From an uncultured Gemmatimonadales bacterium (lineage in GTDB: Bacteria > Gemmatimonadota > Gemmatimonadetes > Gemmatimonadales > GWC2-71-9), in NCBI GenBank assembly GCA_963825815.1, contig CAWGVB010000025.1, forward strand, positions 52,419 to 116,418: a stretch of 64,000 bases of DNA. Direction: 5' to 3'. A program made the translations under genes and the position numbers. Positions 44,524-56,169 of the stretch are shown piece by piece. Under the pieces are notes generated by a model. The model ran no database searches. It worked only from the letters and a program-made list of their open reading frames with translations, and was not told where the DNA came from. The stretch's first letter is position 1, and each line of letters starts with the position of its first letter.

Positions 44524-47252
44524 GTGTTTCTCCTCCTGGCCCTGCTGGGGGCGCGGGCGGAAGCGCAGGTGCCCGCTCAGCAGCGGCGTCCGCCGACGGC
44601 GCGTCGCGATACCACGCTGGCTGATTCGACCCGGGCACGGCCGGGACAAACGCTGGACTCAGCCTCGGCGCGCCGCATGGGTCTGCCTACCGGACCCACC
44701 CGCAGCTTTGTAACCCCGGACTCGGTGATCACTGAGCTGCTGGCCCGTCCTGGCTACCAGAGCACCCGATACCGGGCCGATTCCGCCACGGTGTTTGTCC
44801 AGGATCAGCGTGTCCTCCTGAACGGCGAGGCTCTGACCGAACGACGGGGCACCTCCCTCGAGGCCGGCAGCATCACCTACCGACGTTCCAGCTGTGTGCT
44901 GGATGCCACGGGCGACCCCAAGCTGTTCGACCGGGGACAGGTCATGGTAGGCGAGGGGATCCGTTACGACACGTGCACCCGGCGCGGCGTGATCACGGAT
45001 GCGCTGACGAACTTTACCGAGGCCGGCAGCGTCTGGTTTCTCCGGGGCAACGTCTCGCAGGACTCCAGCTCGAGTCGGATCTACGCCGCGTCCAGCGAGA
45101 TTACCAGCTGCGATCTTCCGGTGCCGCACTATCACTTTGCGGGCCGGGAAGTGAAGTGGGTTTCTCAGAATGTGCTGGTCGCTCGCCCGGTCGTGCTCTA
45201 CGTTCGCGATGTGCCGGTGCTGTGGCTGCCATTCCTCTTTCAGGACATGCGCCCCGGGCGGCACTCGGGCATTCTCATTCCGCAATTCGGCTTCAATGAC
45301 CTGGTCCGGACCAATCCCGGATACAACCGCCAGATCGCGAACATCGGGTATTACTGGGCCCCCAACGATTACATCGATCTGACGGCCCGGCTCGATTGGT
45401 ACTCGAATCGTTATCTGCAGTATGGCATAGCGGGGCAGTACAACTGGATCAACCGGTTCGTCGACGGCGCGGTGGCGTTCAGCAGGCAGCTGGAGACTGA
45501 CGGTGGGTCATCGGCCACGGTGCGCTGGGATCACCGGCAGACCTTCAATCTGTCCACCAGCCTGAACCTCGATCTCAATTACGCGAGCAACACCTCGATC
45601 ATCAACCGGAATGCGGTGGATCCGCTGCTCAATACCCAGCAGATCACCAGCTCGCTGAATTTTTCCAAACGCTACGGGTGGGGAACTCTGACCATCGGCG
45701 GCAATCGCCGGCAGAGTCTCTCCGACGGAAGCGTCCAGCAGTTGCTGCCGGCGGTAACGATCTCGCCGGCTTCGATTGCGATTGGATCCAACATCACCTG
45801 GTCGCCCGGGTTCAGCTTTACCAACAACACCGAGTCCAAGACTCCGCTGGACTCGCTGCTGACGGTGCTGCCGGGGAACATCCTGGACACGGTGGCGCAG
45901 GTGGGCGGGCGGCGGACCACCACGCTGGATTTCCAGACCCCGGTGCGCCTCGGCAATTTTAACTGGCAGAATTCACTTTCGGCGGTCGATCTGCGAAGCA
46001 CCGGCCGGGACAGCGCCGTAGTACGGATCGACGATCCCACTACGCCGGATCCGACAGATTCGGTAACCGTCACCCGCATCTTCAACGGGGATTTCTCGAC
46101 CGGAGTGGATTGGAATACCGGCATCAATCTTCCCGTGCTCTTTCGCGGTTCCTGGAAGCTGCAGCCGGCGCTGGGGGTCGCGAACACGACCTCATCCGGT
46201 CCTTTCCTGATCCGAAACCGGAACACCAACGGCGACTTCGTTCACCAGGGAAAGCGCTTTCGGTTCTCGGCCACCGCGTCGCCGACCCTGTTCGCCTTTT
46301 TCCCCGGCTTCGGCTTTGCCAGCCGGATCAGGCACAGCCTCTCGCCCAATTTGAGCTGGAACTATTCTCCCGCCGCGTCCGTGCCGCAAGAATACGCCCA
46401 GGCTATCCAAATTGGGGGGCAGCCACTTCAGCTGCGAAGCGATGCCACCCAAACCATGAGCCTCGGCCTCTCGCAGACCTTCGAGGCCAAGGCCAAGCGG
46501 GCAGCGGGCGACACCTCCGATGCCGAAGCCCGCAAGTTTCGCGTGCTGAGCATCAACACCAGCCGCACTCAGCTATGACTTCGAGCAGGCCAAGAAGCCG
46601 GGACGTACGGGCTGGACGACTCCGACAATTACCAATTCGCTGCTCAGTGACTTGCTGCCGCAGTTCACCTTCAGCTTCACTCACGACCTCTGGCGCGGCC
46701 CGGTAGGGGTCGACACGTACCCATTTCGATCCCTTTCTGAGCAATGTCAGCGCGAGCTTTGCGATCTCGGGGAACACCCTCCGGTCCATCGGTTCGATTT
46801 TTGGTCTGGGTAAGGGCCCCTCGGGGCGGCGGGAGAACGTGCCCTCCTCGTATGTGGTCGATGCCGGCCGGCGCAATCGCTCGTTCTACAACAGCGGGCG
46901 GGTACCCTTCAGCGGCGGGGGCCGCGAGTTCACGGCCAACTTCAACTACACCCTCTCCCGCACCCGGCCGATTCCCGGCTTGCCGAGTACGCCGGGCCAG
47001 CAGAATCTGGGATTCAGTACCAGCTTCTCGCCCACACCGTTCTGGACGCTGTCCTGGTCGTCGCAGTACAACATTACCGACACCAAGTTCGAGTCTCAGG
47101 TGGTCCGGTTGGAGCGGCAGCTGCACGAGTGGCGGGCCGGCTTCAACTTCACCCGGAACGCCAACGGCAATTTCGCGTTTTACTTCTCGATTTATCTGAC
47201 CGACCTGCCGGATCTGAAGTTCGACTACAACCAGACCACCTTCGACGAGTAA
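44524..47252 (+). CDS. lptD: LptD-like outer-membrane beta-barrel (OstA-like N-domain + large barrel), start uncertain, two frame changes (~46570, ~46718)
   Basis: Signal-like GVFLLLALLGARAEA/Q. ITSCDLPVPHYHF..VPVLWLPFLFQDMRPGRHSGILIPQFGF..IGYYWAPNDYIDL. The C-terminus ..EWRAGFNFTRNANGNFAFYFSIYLTDLPDLKFDY is in ORF 46839-47252. Confidence 0.6.
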
Positions 47253-47380
47253 CTGTCCTCGGGCGAGGACACTCGAGTCGATTCCGCTGCCGACCTGTCG
47301 GCTAACTCCGTTCTGCTCCGGAGCTCTCGCAGTGGCACGCGATCTGCCGTGGGTTCCGCCATCCCTCTCCGGAGCCCTGT

Positions 47381-48270
47381 ATGCAAGGCTGGCGTCTGCC
47401 GGTCATCCTGCTGCTGGTCATGGCTTGCTCGTCGGACCAAACCAGCCCCGGCAACCCCCCGGATGTGCCGGCTGATCTGTTCAGCACCACTCTGAACGGA
47501 GCAGTGGCACTCAGCTGGCCCGACAATGCCTATGAGTCCGATCCCGACAATTTTCAGAGCTACCGGATCTATAGCACCACCTACAACATCGACGCCCCTG
47601 CCGGCAGTGAACCGTGCGGGACCTCCTGGACGCTCGAAGGCACCACGGTGGCTCCGGAGTTCCTGGTGGGAGCCATGGTCAACGGAGTATCCCGTTGTTT
47701 CTCGGTCAGCTCCGCCAGCCAGACCGGAGCGGAGAGCAACCGTTCGCCGGACGCGTCTTCGACACCCCGAGGCCAGACAGCCGCAATCAGGTTCTCTATC
47801 CCATCCAGGTGAAATCAGACAGCAGCGGCTTTCGGTTCTGGGACGACGATGGCGACAACGTGGTCGAGGAGGGTGAGCTGGGGCGGGTGCGGGATGGCGC
47901 CTCCAGTGATGTCGACTTCTACGTCGACCGCGACGCCTCGGGCCGGCTCTTCCTGACGCCGATGCGGGCCGGCACCGGGGTGGAGTTCTATTCCGAAGAT
48001 CCGGTCGGGGACCTGACCAGCATTGATGACGCGCCCTGCTTCAGCGCGCCAGATCCCAGCTCGTGCAGCAGATATGCCACCACGCCGATCGAGGCGGCGC
48101 CGGGGATGGGTTACGTCTTCGAGATGGAGGCGGGCGATCAGTTTCTCCGGTACGGTGCGGTCCGGGTGACCCATGTCGGGCGGAACTTCATGATTCTGGA
48201 TTGGGCCTTCCAGACCGATCCACGGGAACCCCGAGCTTCTCGTGGCAACGGAACAGGGCCACGCCGCTGA
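47381..48270 (+). CDS. Hypothetical lipoprotein (FN3-like N-part), at least one frame change near 47755
   Basis: Lipobox LLLVMACSS. ..LNGAVALSWPDN..SYRIYST is FN3-like. It continues in ORF 47614-48270. Confidence 0.4.
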
Positions 48271-48330
48271 CAGCCGTCGGCTGAAGCTCGGGGGTTGAAT
48301 CGGAAGCGGTAACGGCGTCAACTTCGGGCG

Positions 48331-49836
48331 ATGGCTCGCACCGACTGCGTTCTTGACGGCCGCTCGCTCACCATCGAGAACGTGGTTCGCATCGCCCGTG
48401 AACCCTGCCAGCTCGCGTCTCGATCGACCCGACTGCCCGAAGCGCTTTAGCCCAGAGCCGGCAGCTGGTGGAGCGGGCGATTCAGTCGGGCCAGACGATC
48501 TACGGGATCAACACCGGATTCGGGAAGCTGGCGAACGTCCGGGTTCCCGCCGACCAGCTCGATCAACTCCAGACCAATCTCATTCGCAGTCATGCCGTCC
48601 GGCGTCGGGCGCTCCGCTGCCCCCACCGGTGGTGCGGGCGCGTGATGCTGCTCCGCGCGAACGTGCTGCTGCGGCCGACCAGCGGCGTGCGTCCGGAGCT
48701 GGTGGACGCGCTGGTAGCCCTGCTCAATGCCGGGGTCATTCCGCTGGTTCCCGAGCAGGGAAGCGTGGGGGCCAGCGGAGACCTGGCACCGCTCAGTCAC
48801 ATCGGGCTCGCCCTGATGGGCGAAGGCCAGGTGCTCTCCAACCAGGACTGCGCCAGCGCCCGCCGAGGCTGCCCTCAAGGCCGCCCGGCTTACGCCCTAC
48901 CGCTTTGCCCCGAAAGAGGGCATTGCCTTCATCAATGGCACTCAGGCGCAAACCGCGATGCTGGCGATGATGGTGCACGACGCGAAGATACTCTGGCGCA
49001 CCGCGGTCGCTGCGGCAGCGATGAGCCTGGAAGCCCTGCGCGGAACGCCTGCTCCCCTCGATCCGCGCATTCACCAGTCCCGCCCTCACCCCGGTCAGAT
49101 TCGAGCGGCCGCGCTGATGCGCGAGCTGTTGGAGAACAGCGAGATCCGGGAATCCCACCGGGAGAACGATCCCCGGGTGCAGGACGCCTACAGCCTGCGG
49201 TGCGCTCCTCAAGTGCTGGGTGCGGTGGCCGACGCTATCGCCTTTGCCGAGCAGACCGCCATGGTGGAGCTCAATGCCTCCACCGATAACCCGCTGGTCT
49301 TCGAGAACGGAGAGGTGATCTCGGGAGGAAACTTCCACGGGCAACCGGTTGCTCAAGCGCTGGACATCCTGGCGCTGACTCTGACCACCCTGCAGGCCAT
49401 CGCCGAGAGGCGGGTAGAGCGGTTGGTCAATCCGGACCTTTCCCAGGGCCTGCCCGCGTTCCTCACCAGTGACCCGGGTCTGTGCTCCGGGCTGATGATG
49501 GTTCAGATCGCCGCCGCCTCGCTGGTGGCGGAGTCACGAGCGCTGGCCATGCCGGCGAGCATCGGGTCGATTCCCACCGACGCCAACCAGGAAGACTTCG
49601 TTCCGATGGGAATGGCGGCCGCCTTCAAGGCGGGCCGGATCCTGGTCAATGCGCAGCGGGTCGTGGCGGCCGAGCTCCTCTGCGCTGGCCAGGGACTGGA
49701 GTATCTCAAGCCCTTGAAGCCGGGCAGTGGGGTGGCCGCGCTGTATCACCAGCTGCGCACGCTGGACCCGCCGGTGCCTCCGCTCACTGCCGACCGGCCC
49801 CCGGGACCGGACTTGGAACGGGTGGCCGGGCGGTGA
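48331..49836 (+). CDS. hutH: Histidine ammonia-lyase (MIO enzyme), four frame changes (~48415, ~48600, ~48645, ~48850)
   Basis: YGINTGFG..NLIRSHAVGVG(out of frame)..GSVGASGDLAPLSH (ASG MIO triad)..FINGTQ..QDAYSLRC..NASTDNPLV..GGNFHG..QEDFVPMG. Confidence 0.8.
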
Positions 49837-50025
49837 TGGAGGGCGAGCTTCGACCCCAGGCCCGGGACATAGGCCGGCTCCTCGCTCCTCCCAGTCGTTC
49901 GTTGACACTGGCGCTGGTGCATGCAAATCGTTGCACCATCGTGCGCTTGCCCGGGTTTTGGCCGCCCGGTATCTTTCGCGCACTCCAAATCTTATCCCTG
50001 TTCCTCCTCCTCAGCCCCGAGCCGC

Positions 50026-52505
50026 ATGAATCTGGAAAAGCTGAAAGACACGGCGCGGAAGCTGGAGCAAAAGGAGGATTGGCGAAAAGCCATCGAAGTG
50101 TACCTGAAGGCCATTCAACAGGCCGAATCAGGTGCGGAAACCAGCCCCGATCTCTCGCTGTACAACCGGGTAGGCGACCTCTACCTCAAGATCAACGACT
50201 CCACCGAAGCCGTCCGGTCCTATGAGCGGGCGGTCGACCTCTACGCTGACCAGGGCTTCTTCAACAACGCCATAGCGCTCTGCGGCAAGATCCTCCGGGT
50301 AAACCCCGGCCGGACTCAGACCTACCTCAAGCTCTGTCAGCTCCATGCCCGCAAGAACGTGGTCAGTGAGGCCAAACGGAACCTGATCGAGTTCCTCGAG
50401 CGCATGAACGCGCTGGGCCAGCTGGATCAGGCCTTCCAGGCGGTGAAGCTGTTTGCGGACCAGTTCTCCGGCAGCCAGGAGATTCGGAGCATGCTGGTTG
50501 ACCTGCTTCGGGCCACGTCCCGGGGGGATGAGGCGCGGGAACAGCTGGAGAAGATGGCCCAGGATCTCGAGGCCGCGGGCGACAAGAGCGGGAGCCCGGA
50601 AAACCCGCGAACGGCTCCACGGACTGGATCAGGATCATCCTGCCCCTCCCGCTGCCGCGCCGGGCCCGCCTTCAAAAAGAGGCGATCTGATCTTTCTGGA
50701 TACCGGCGTAGATGTGCCCACCAGCCCACCGCGGCGCCAGGCCTACTCCAGGCCGGCAAAGGAGTACCGCCGCAGGGCCGGCTGGCCGAGCCGCCGTGCC
50801 GGTCGCAACCACCCATCCGACGGAACCAGTCAGCGAGCTCGAGCCCAGCGTGCACCGAGCCCAGCGTGCCGGAGGCCGAACCCAGCGTACCCGAGGGATT
50901 GCTGGTGAATGAGGACTTCGGGGCGATGACCGGTGCCGCCGACCTGGCGGTCGATCCGCTGGTCTCCTGAGGAACTGCCCAGCAGCTCGGGCACAGACTC
51001 ACTCCTGGGAATCGAACGCCTGGGTGACACCGTCGAGCCGCTCGCCGATCTGACGGCGCCGCTCGATATCCAGCGGGGTGGGGAGTCCTCCAGCCTCGAT
51101 TTCGAGCCGATGAGCCTGGATGGGATTCAGGAAACATCACTGAACAGCTTTGCCACCGACCAGGCGAGCCCGCTGGACTTCTCCGTGGATGCGCCCAAGA
51201 GTCCGCTCGATTTTCCTGATGATCTCGATCGTGTCCCTGCCGGACAGCGATACGGGATTCACCACGCTGCCCGATGTATCCGGCTCCGATGATTCCAGGC
51301 TCTCGCTCGATGCCGACATAGTCGGCCATAGTCCACCGCAGATCAGTTCGCCGCCTTCTTCGAGCGACTCCTTGGCGGACCTGGAGAATCGGGTGCTGGA
51401 TGATCCCGAGAATCCCGACGTCCACCTGGCCCTGGCGGAGAAGCTGCTGTCCCTGGGCGAAAACGACCGGGTGGCGGAAGAGCTCGAGCTGGCACTGGCG
51501 GGGTTCGAGGATCGACAGGATTGGACCCGCGCTTCGCAGATGGCCGATCGGCTGGTTCAGTTGGCGCCTGACAGTATTGGGCACCACCAGAAGCGAGTGG
51601 AGCTGGCCTACCGAACCGGAGACCGGGGACCGCTGCTGGAGGCCTACCTCGGTCTGGGCGACGCTCTGGCCAAATCAGGCGCTCTGGACAAGGCAGCCGC
51701 GGTGTACGGCCGAGTGATCGAACACGATCCGGGCAACGTGCGAGCCTCCGCTGCTCTGGCCCGAGTCGGTGGAGAGGCCAAGTCGCCCCCACCCGCGCCG
51801 GCTCCGTCCGCTCGCAGTGAAGCTGCGCCGAAGCCGCCGCCGCACCGCCGCCGAGCCCGAGCCCCCAGCCTGGCTGCATCGAAACCACCTGCGGCTCCGG
51901 CTCCGGTTCCAAGCCCAACTCCGGCTCCTCCGGCCCCGCGGGCAAGTCGAGCTCCGGCCGCATCCGACGAGGAGTTCGTAGACCTCGGCTCCATGCTGCG
52001 AGACGAGAAGGGCCCTCGCGACACGCGGATGCGGGTGAATCGTCGCGAGCCCAAGGATCAGGATGAGCAGCGCGAGTTTCATGAAATCCTGGAGCAGTTC
52101 AAGCGCGGCATCGACCAAAACCTGGAGTCGGACGACTACCAGTCGCATTATGATCTTGGCGTCGCATTCAAGGAGATGGGCCTGCTGGACGAGGCCATCG
52201 CGGAGTTTCAGAAAGCGTTGCGGGCTTCGGAGGGCCGGCTGCGCACCTCTGAGGCGCTTGGCATGGCATTTTTCGAGAAGGGGCAGTACGCTGTGTGCGA
52301 GTCGGTGCTCCGCCGTGCTGTGGATGGCCTGGACGGAACGGACGAGGCCAAGATCGGCCTGCTCTACTGGTTGGGCCGGGCATCCGAAGCCCTGGGGAAG
52401 AGAGCCGAAGCTATGGCCAGCTACGAACGAGCTGTTGCGGTCGATATCCGCTTCATGGATTTGAGTGAGCGAATTCACCGGCTCACCGCAGGACGCCGCT
52501 CGTGA
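50026..52505 (+). CDS. Large TPR protein with an acidic/Pro-rich repeat core, reconstructed across at least four frame changes
   Basis: Pieces are 49921-50970, 50453-50908, 50933-51292 and 51150-52505. There are N- and C-terminal TPR-like helices, EPSV(P/H) x3 and S(P)LDF x4 short repeats, and the C-terminal SHYDLGVAFKEMGLLDEAIAEFQKAL. Confidence 0.45.
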
Positions 52506-53491
52506 GTCATCAGACCGCCCCGATTTCTCTCGCCGAGCTGCAGCAGCCCCTTCGCCCCCGCCTGGAGCGGGTGCAGCAGGAGCTTCGGCGCATCGTCGAG
52601 GCGGACTTCGGGCTGATCACCCGGGTCAATTCGCATCTGTTTCAGATGCAGGGGAAGATGTTCCGCCCCACTCTCCTGCTCCTGGCGGAAGAGGCCACCG
52701 GCAGCACCGACGCCCGAGCAACGACCCTCGGCGCCGTGGTTGAGCTGATCCACCTTGCCACCCTGGTTCACGATGATTCGGTCGACCACTCGGTCCTCCG
52801 CCGGGGGATGCCCACCATCAACTCGCTGTTCAGCCATCAGGTCTCGGTCATCATGGGAGACTACCTCTACTCCCGGGCCGTGATCGAGCTGGTTGGTCTG
52901 AACGACCTCGAACCCCTGCGGGTGCTGAGCCGGGTGACCAACGAGATGACCGTCGGTGAGATGCGGCAACTCCTGGCCCACGATCCATTGGAATTCTCCG
53001 AGGCGGAGTACAACCTGCTCATCCGGGCCAAGACAGCATCGCTGGTTGCCGGATCCTGCGAGATCGGCGCGCTTCAGGCGAGTCCGGCAGAGCGGGAGGC
53101 GCTCCGTCGGTTCGGCGAGGCCCTGGGAATGGCGTTTCAGATTGTCGACGACCTGCTCGACTATACGGAGGACGCATCGGTCACCGGCAAGCCGTTCGGC
53201 TCCGACCTACGCGAGCACAAGGTTACGCTTCCCCTCATTGCTGCGTTGCCGAATATGGGCGAGGGGGAGCGGCGTGCTGTCTCCCGCCTGCTGCACTCCC
53301 CAGAGCCGGGTGATATCCTGATTGCCGAGGTGATCCAGGCGGTGAGCCGCGCGGGCGGACTGGACTACGCCCGAGAACGCGCGCTCCAGCTGGCCCAACA
53401 GGCGGATACCGAGCTCGATCTGCTGCAGCCTTCTGCCGCTCGTGAGGCTTTGAGGGCCAGCATCACCTACGTCATCGATCGCAGGAGCTGA
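52502..53491 (+). CDS. ispB: Polyprenyl diphosphate synthase (IspB-like, long-chain)
   Basis: First DDxxD motif LIHLATLVHDDSVD and second FQIVDDLLDY, with KMFRPTLLLL upstream. GTGA overlap with the upstream gene. Confidence 0.85.
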   Translation: MSHQTAPISLAELQQPLRPRLERVQQELRRIVEADFGLITRVNSHLFQMQGKMFRPTLLLLAEEATGSTDARATTLGAVVELIHLATLVHDDSVDHSVLRRGMPTINSLFSHQVSVIMGDYLYSRAVIELVGLNDLEPLRVLSRVTNEMTVGEMRQLLAHDPLEFSEAEYNLLIRAKTASLVAGSCEIGALQASPAEREALRRFGEALGMAFQIVDDLLDYTEDASVTGKPFGSDLREHKVTLPLIAALPNMGEGERRAVSRLLHSPEPGDILIAEVIQAVSRAGGLDYARERALQLAQQADTELDLLQPSAAREALRASITYVIDRRS

Positions 53492-53763
53492 TGCCCAGCG
53501 GCCCGCATCGCCCACGCTTCTATGTCGGGGTTCTGATCGTCGGGTTCATCGTGGGCGGAGCCCTGACATCCCTGTTCCGGCAAACCCTCCCTGACAGCGC
53601 CGCCCGGACCTTTCTCACCAGCACCTGGACCCCCCGTTTCGGACCTATCTCGATGGACCTCCTGGTGGTAGACTTCACCTTGGGTCCCATCGGGCTACAC
53701 GTCTCGATTCTGAGTCTTGTCGGTGTCCTGGTGGCTTACCTGATCGCGCGGTCGCTTTTCTAG
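53491..53763 (+). CDS. Small membrane protein (DUF4321-like)
   Basis: 90 aa with two hydrophobic segments and TGATG coupling to ispB. The family call is from memory only. Confidence 0.4.
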   Translation: MPSGPHRPRFYVGVLIVGFIVGGALTSLFRQTLPDSAARTFLTSTWTPRFGPISMDLLVVDFTLGPIGLHVSILSLVGVLVAYLIARSLF

Positions 53764-53771
53764 GAGGACCT

Positions 53772-54026
53772 GTGGGAAACCTCGGGATGTGGGAGATTCT
53801 GGTCATCTTGCTGGTCGTACTGCTGCTCTTCGGCGCCAAGCGGCTGCCGGAGATGGGCTCCTCGATCGGGAAGGGGATTCGGGAGTTCAAGCGGAGTATT
53901 GCCGACACGCAGGATGCGATCATGAACACCGACGAGCAGCGGCAGAACCTGCCGCCCCGGGTGCCGGACACTCAGCAGCCCAATCCCAGTCCGACCTCGG
54001 GAGAGCCAAAGCGGTTGTCGCAATAA
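53772..54026 (+). CDS. tatA: Twin-arginine translocase subunit TatA/E
   Basis: MWEILVILLVVLLLFGAKRLPEMGSSIGKGIREFK. Confidence 0.85.
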   Translation: MGNLGMWEILVILLVVLLLFGAKRLPEMGSSIGKGIREFKRSIADTQDAIMNTDEQRQNLPPRVPDTQQPNPSPTSGEPKRLSQ

Positions 54027-54143
54027 GCGGGGAGGCTCGGGAAGTAGCGAGGAACAGGAAGCGGAAGAAACAAACCCCGGGACAGATGCGTCCCGGGGTT
54101 TCTTTTGCCTTTCCCGCCTTCCCGCTTCCCAGCTTCCCCGCTT
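54026..54143. repeat. GGGGAAG-type inverted-repeat element enclosing a bidirectional terminator (between convergent tatA and ppiD)
   Basis: The outer arms are AAGCGGGGAGGCTCGGGAAG..GGAAGCGGAAGAAAC and GCCTTTCCCGCCTTCCCGCTTCCCAGCTTCCCCGCTT. The core is AAACCCCGGGA-CAGATGCG-TCCCGGGGTTT (54072-54101), with an A-tract before it and a T-tract after. Confidence 0.6.
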
Positions 54144-54146
54144 ACA

Positions 54147-55980
54147 TCACACCCCCGCCTGCTGTGCCTGCGGCGATCCCGATTGCTGCAGGACCTTGGC
54201 CCGGTTATCCACGATCTTGGCCGACTTGCGGAGCGCCGTGAGATAGTTTCTCACCCGCTCCTGCTTTGCCACGTTGATCAGCCGGGCCCGGTACTGCTCC
54301 AGGTCTTTGGCGAATTTGGCTGAATCGGCTTTGACGTGCTGCAGCGTCTCGATCACGTAAATCCCGTCTTTGGTATCGAGAACACCGCTCCGCTCTCCCT
54401 CCTTCAGTCCAAACGCGGTGCCGACCACAACCGGATTGGTGAGGGGAGGATTGATTCGGCTAAAGGGGCCGAACTCGCGATGGGGCAGCTTCATGGCCGC
54501 TGCCGCCTCGGCCAGGGAACTCCCTCCCTCGACTCGCTTCAAGTAGTCCTTTGCCAGCTGACGGGCCGCGGCCCACTTTTTCTGATCGCGGGTGGCGGAC
54601 ATTACCGCGGGGCGGACCTCCGCCAGCGCGGGCACCCCGGCATCGTGAAGGCTATCCAGCCGGAAGATGTAATACGCGAACGACGTTTCAATCACCGGGC
54701 TGGTTGCGCCAGGCTTGGCCTGAAAGGCCCAGACCCCGGCATCGGGCACTACCAGCTGGCCGAGTTGGACCTTGGTGCCTTGCTGAACGGGGGCGGTGTG
54801 CCCGATCCTCAGCTTCAGGGCGCGGGCCACGGTATCGAGCGCTGCAGGATCGCTTCGCTCGGCGCCGAGATGCTCCAGGCTATCGGCTTGAGCGTCCAGC
54901 TGATCGCGGTGCGCGCCGGTGACTTCGATGGGAAACAGGATGTGACGACCTTTGGCCTTGTTTCCCTTGCGGCTGGTAACCTCGATGATATGGAAGCCGA
55001 ACTGCGAGAGCACCGGGGCTGAAACCGTGTGCAAGGGCAGCGCAAACGCCGCGGAGTCGAAGGCAGGATCCATCGCACCCTTGGTCCACTCACCCAGATC
55101 GCCACCCTTGGCGGCAGTGGCGCTGTCGGCCGACTCACGGCCGGCTACCTCAGCGAACGGGGCGCCGTGCAGGATCTCCTGGCGGGCGGAATCAGCCCGC
55201 GCACGTACGGCCGCCGTGTCCGTCGGAGGTAGCCATGCGCGGCAACGCCACATAGCTCAGGTATGCCGTCTTGGGACGCTGAAACTCGTCCCGGTGGGCC
55301 TTGTAGTAGGAGGCCAGTTCGGCATCGCTTACCTGGATAGAGGAATCGGGCACAGCATTGCGGGGGACGATGGCGGTGAGACCAATCTTCACCATTTCAT
55401 GCTCGTCCCGGTACCGCTCCCAGAGCGCAGCATCAGACAGGTAGATGTCCGAGGTCACCAGCCGGAGAAGCTTGGCCCGTTGGAGCTCATCCCGATACTG
55501 GGCCTCGAGGCTGGGGAGATACTGTTGGGCGACACTGGACGTGAGCCAGCGCTGGTACTTGGCCAGATCAAACTGGCTATCGGTCTGGAATTCGGGGACC
55601 TTTTGAAACTCGGGCAGGGGAGATGTCCGGATGGCCTGCACCACTTCATCTTCGCTGACACTAATGCCCCGACGGCGATACTCGGCGTCGAGCACGCTGT
55701 TTTGAACAATTTGGTCCCAGACCTCGTCGCGGACCTGCTGATAATCATCCAGCCCCATGGCTCCGGGGCTCTGCCGCTGGCGGGCATCTATCGATTGCTG
55801 GACGATATTCTGATAGGTCCGGGCATCGATACTCCGCCCGTTGATCTTGCCGACGGAGGTCTGGGTCAAGAGGCCGGTGCCGCCGGTAATTCCGCTCAGG
55901 TCCAGCACCAACCAGGCAAAGAAGGTTATGGCCACCACGACCATGAGGGGCTTGGCCGCGTTCCGAAAGGCTTGCATCAT
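54147..55980 (-). CDS. ppiD: Periplasmic chaperone / peptidyl-prolyl isomerase PpiD-like (N-terminal TM, SurA_N-like, parvulin), one frame change near 55225
   Basis: MMQAFRNAAKPLMVVVAITFFAWLVL..INGRSI in ORF 55192-56094(-) continues as ..GGDLGEWTKGAMDPAFDSAAF..GFHIIEV (parvulin) in ORF 54147-55253(-). Confidence 0.7.
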
Positions 55981-56072
55981 AGCTGAATCGAGGCTCCGAC
56001 CGAGAGATGTGCGACGAGGCTGAAGCTTAAGGCCGACAGCGCAGAACCTCAAGGCGCCATTCTGCTTAGCAG

Positions 56073-56101
56073 TTGACACGCAGAGGGCCGCCAACTACTC
56101 T
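56073..56101 (+). promoter_or_regulatory. Candidate promoter for the TPR gene at 56170
   Basis: TTGACA (56073-56078), a 17-nt spacer, then TACTCT (56096-56101), in the divergent ppiD/TPR intergenic region. Confidence 0.3.
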
Positions 56102-56169
56102 CACCGTACTTCCCGCAGCAGAGAAGCCGTGATTCCCCCAGCAGTTCTGACCTGAAGATCCGGGAACCG

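Noticed and set aside
48331-49836. The MIO lyase considered as a phenylalanine/tyrosine ammonia-lyase or aminomutase feeding a secondary-metabolite pathway.
   Set aside because: The selectivity position reads Ser-His (RSHA), as in histidases. No biosynthetic genes (PKS/NRPS, CoA ligase) are nearby.
49837-50025. TTGACA at ~49903 and the GGTGCA..TGCACC inverted repeat upstream of the large TPR gene, considered as a promoter/operator pair.
   Set aside because: The matching -10 position reads AAATCG, which is poor, and the 6-bp repeat is short enough to occur by chance. That is not enough support to call a feature.
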